Shown here: in pieces, positions 63,454 through 64,000 of the stretch
Position numbering within the stretch: position 1 is the stretch's first letter
How the letters are laid out: each line of letters opens with the position of its first letter
Assembly: GCA_963770895.1 (NCBI GenBank)
Contig: CAVYRF010000002.1
Coordinates: 2,368,001 to 2,432,000 of the forward strand
Length of the DNA: 64,000 nucleotides
Source: an uncultured Acidobacteriota bacterium
GTDB taxonomy: Bacteria > Acidobacteriota > Thermoanaerobaculia > Multivoradales > UBA5704
Direction: 5' to 3'
The notes under the pieces: generated by a model
Told to the model about the DNA's origin: nothing
Seen by the model: only the letters and a program-made list of their open reading frames with translations
Database searches by the model: none
Made by a program: the position numbers and the translations under genes

Positions 63454-64000
63454 ATGAGGTTGGCTTGGATGCCGGCGATGGTGATCGCGGCTGGCGGATT
63501 GCTGGTGGCGGGCGGCGCGGCGGGTGCGGCGGCGGCGGGTGCGACGGCGGAAGCGACGGCGGTGTCGGCGTCATCGGCGGCATCGGCGACGTCGGCGATG
63601 GACGCGAGCGCGCCCGTTTCCCCCGAGGCTTACCGCAAGGAGATCGAAGCCTGGCGGGCAGAGCGGCTGGCTGGTCTGCGGAATCCCGAAGGCTGGCTGA
63701 CCCTGGTGGGGCTGTTCTGGCTGGACGAGGGCCAGAACCGCTTCGGCACCGACCCCGCCAACCGGGTGGTGCTGCCGGCCGGCAGGGGGCCGGCGGTGGC
63801 CGGGACCCTGGAGCGGCACGGCGACACGGTGACGCTCAAGGCCGCGCCCGGCGTGGGCGTCCAGATCGACGGCGCGCCGGTGAGCGAGCGGACCTTGCAT
63901 TTCGAGCCCAAAAAAGAGCCGGTGATCGTGCGCTTGGGCTCGGTGAGCTTCTTCCTGATTCAGCGCGGCGACAAGCTGGGGGTGCGGATGCGGGACAGCC
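63454..64000 (+). CDS. DUF1684-like exported protein; runs off the window end
   Basis: AGGAGG RBS and ATG 63454; signal peptide; IEAWRAERLAGLRNPEGWLTLVGLFWL; no stop before 64000. Confidence 0.8.
   Translation, partial: MRLAWMPAMVIAAGGLLVAGGAAGAAAAGATAEATAVSASSAASATSAMDASAPVSPEAYRKEIEAWRAERLAGLRNPEGWLTLVGLFWLDEGQNRFGTDPANRVVLPAGRGPAVAGTLERHGDTVTLKAAPGVGVQIDGAPVSERTLHFEPKKEPVIVRLGSVSFFLIQRGDKLGVRMRDS

Overview
A very GC-rich, mostly housekeeping chromosomal window. The gene content and a repeated secreted-protein module suggest Acidobacteriota, possibly Thermoanaerobaculia (inference). 1-17 kb holds a respiratory supercluster: DUF420, SCO and ctaB run divergently from actABCDEFG (alternative complex III), SCO, an A2-type caa3 oxidase (subunits II/I/III/IV) and an HD hydrolase, with a Rex/CRP-like palindrome at the predicted promoter. 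A CzcBAC-type RND efflux system follows, then mixed genes: ygfZ-like, iscA-like, ECF sigma/anti-sigma, phosphomannomutase, def, rlmH, dksA-like, holA-like, mutM, udk, a PTPS-family gene, a membrane Ser/Thr kinase, a DsbD-like/redoxin pair, mtaB, a putative glycolipid cassette, nitrilase, lhr and vapBC. I found no rRNA, tRNA, CRISPR array, integrase or transposase. Most notable: (i) a 52-aa double-glycine RiPP-like precursor missing from the ORF track (28513-28671, minus), followed by a hairpin and an unrecognised 160-aa protein; (ii) a secreted protein with two repeat modules fused to a Cys-rich, sPLA2-like His-Asp domain; (iii) an SPL-family radical-SAM-like protein with a non-canonical Cys motif, behind duplicated promoters and a ~113-bp tandem repeat; (iv) a Cys-less ExxHGH PTPS-III-type enzyme; (v) a DsbD-like protein without its redox core; (vi) many leaderless-type promoters and local C/G-skew blocks. 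All family calls come from motifs read by eye, not from database searches.
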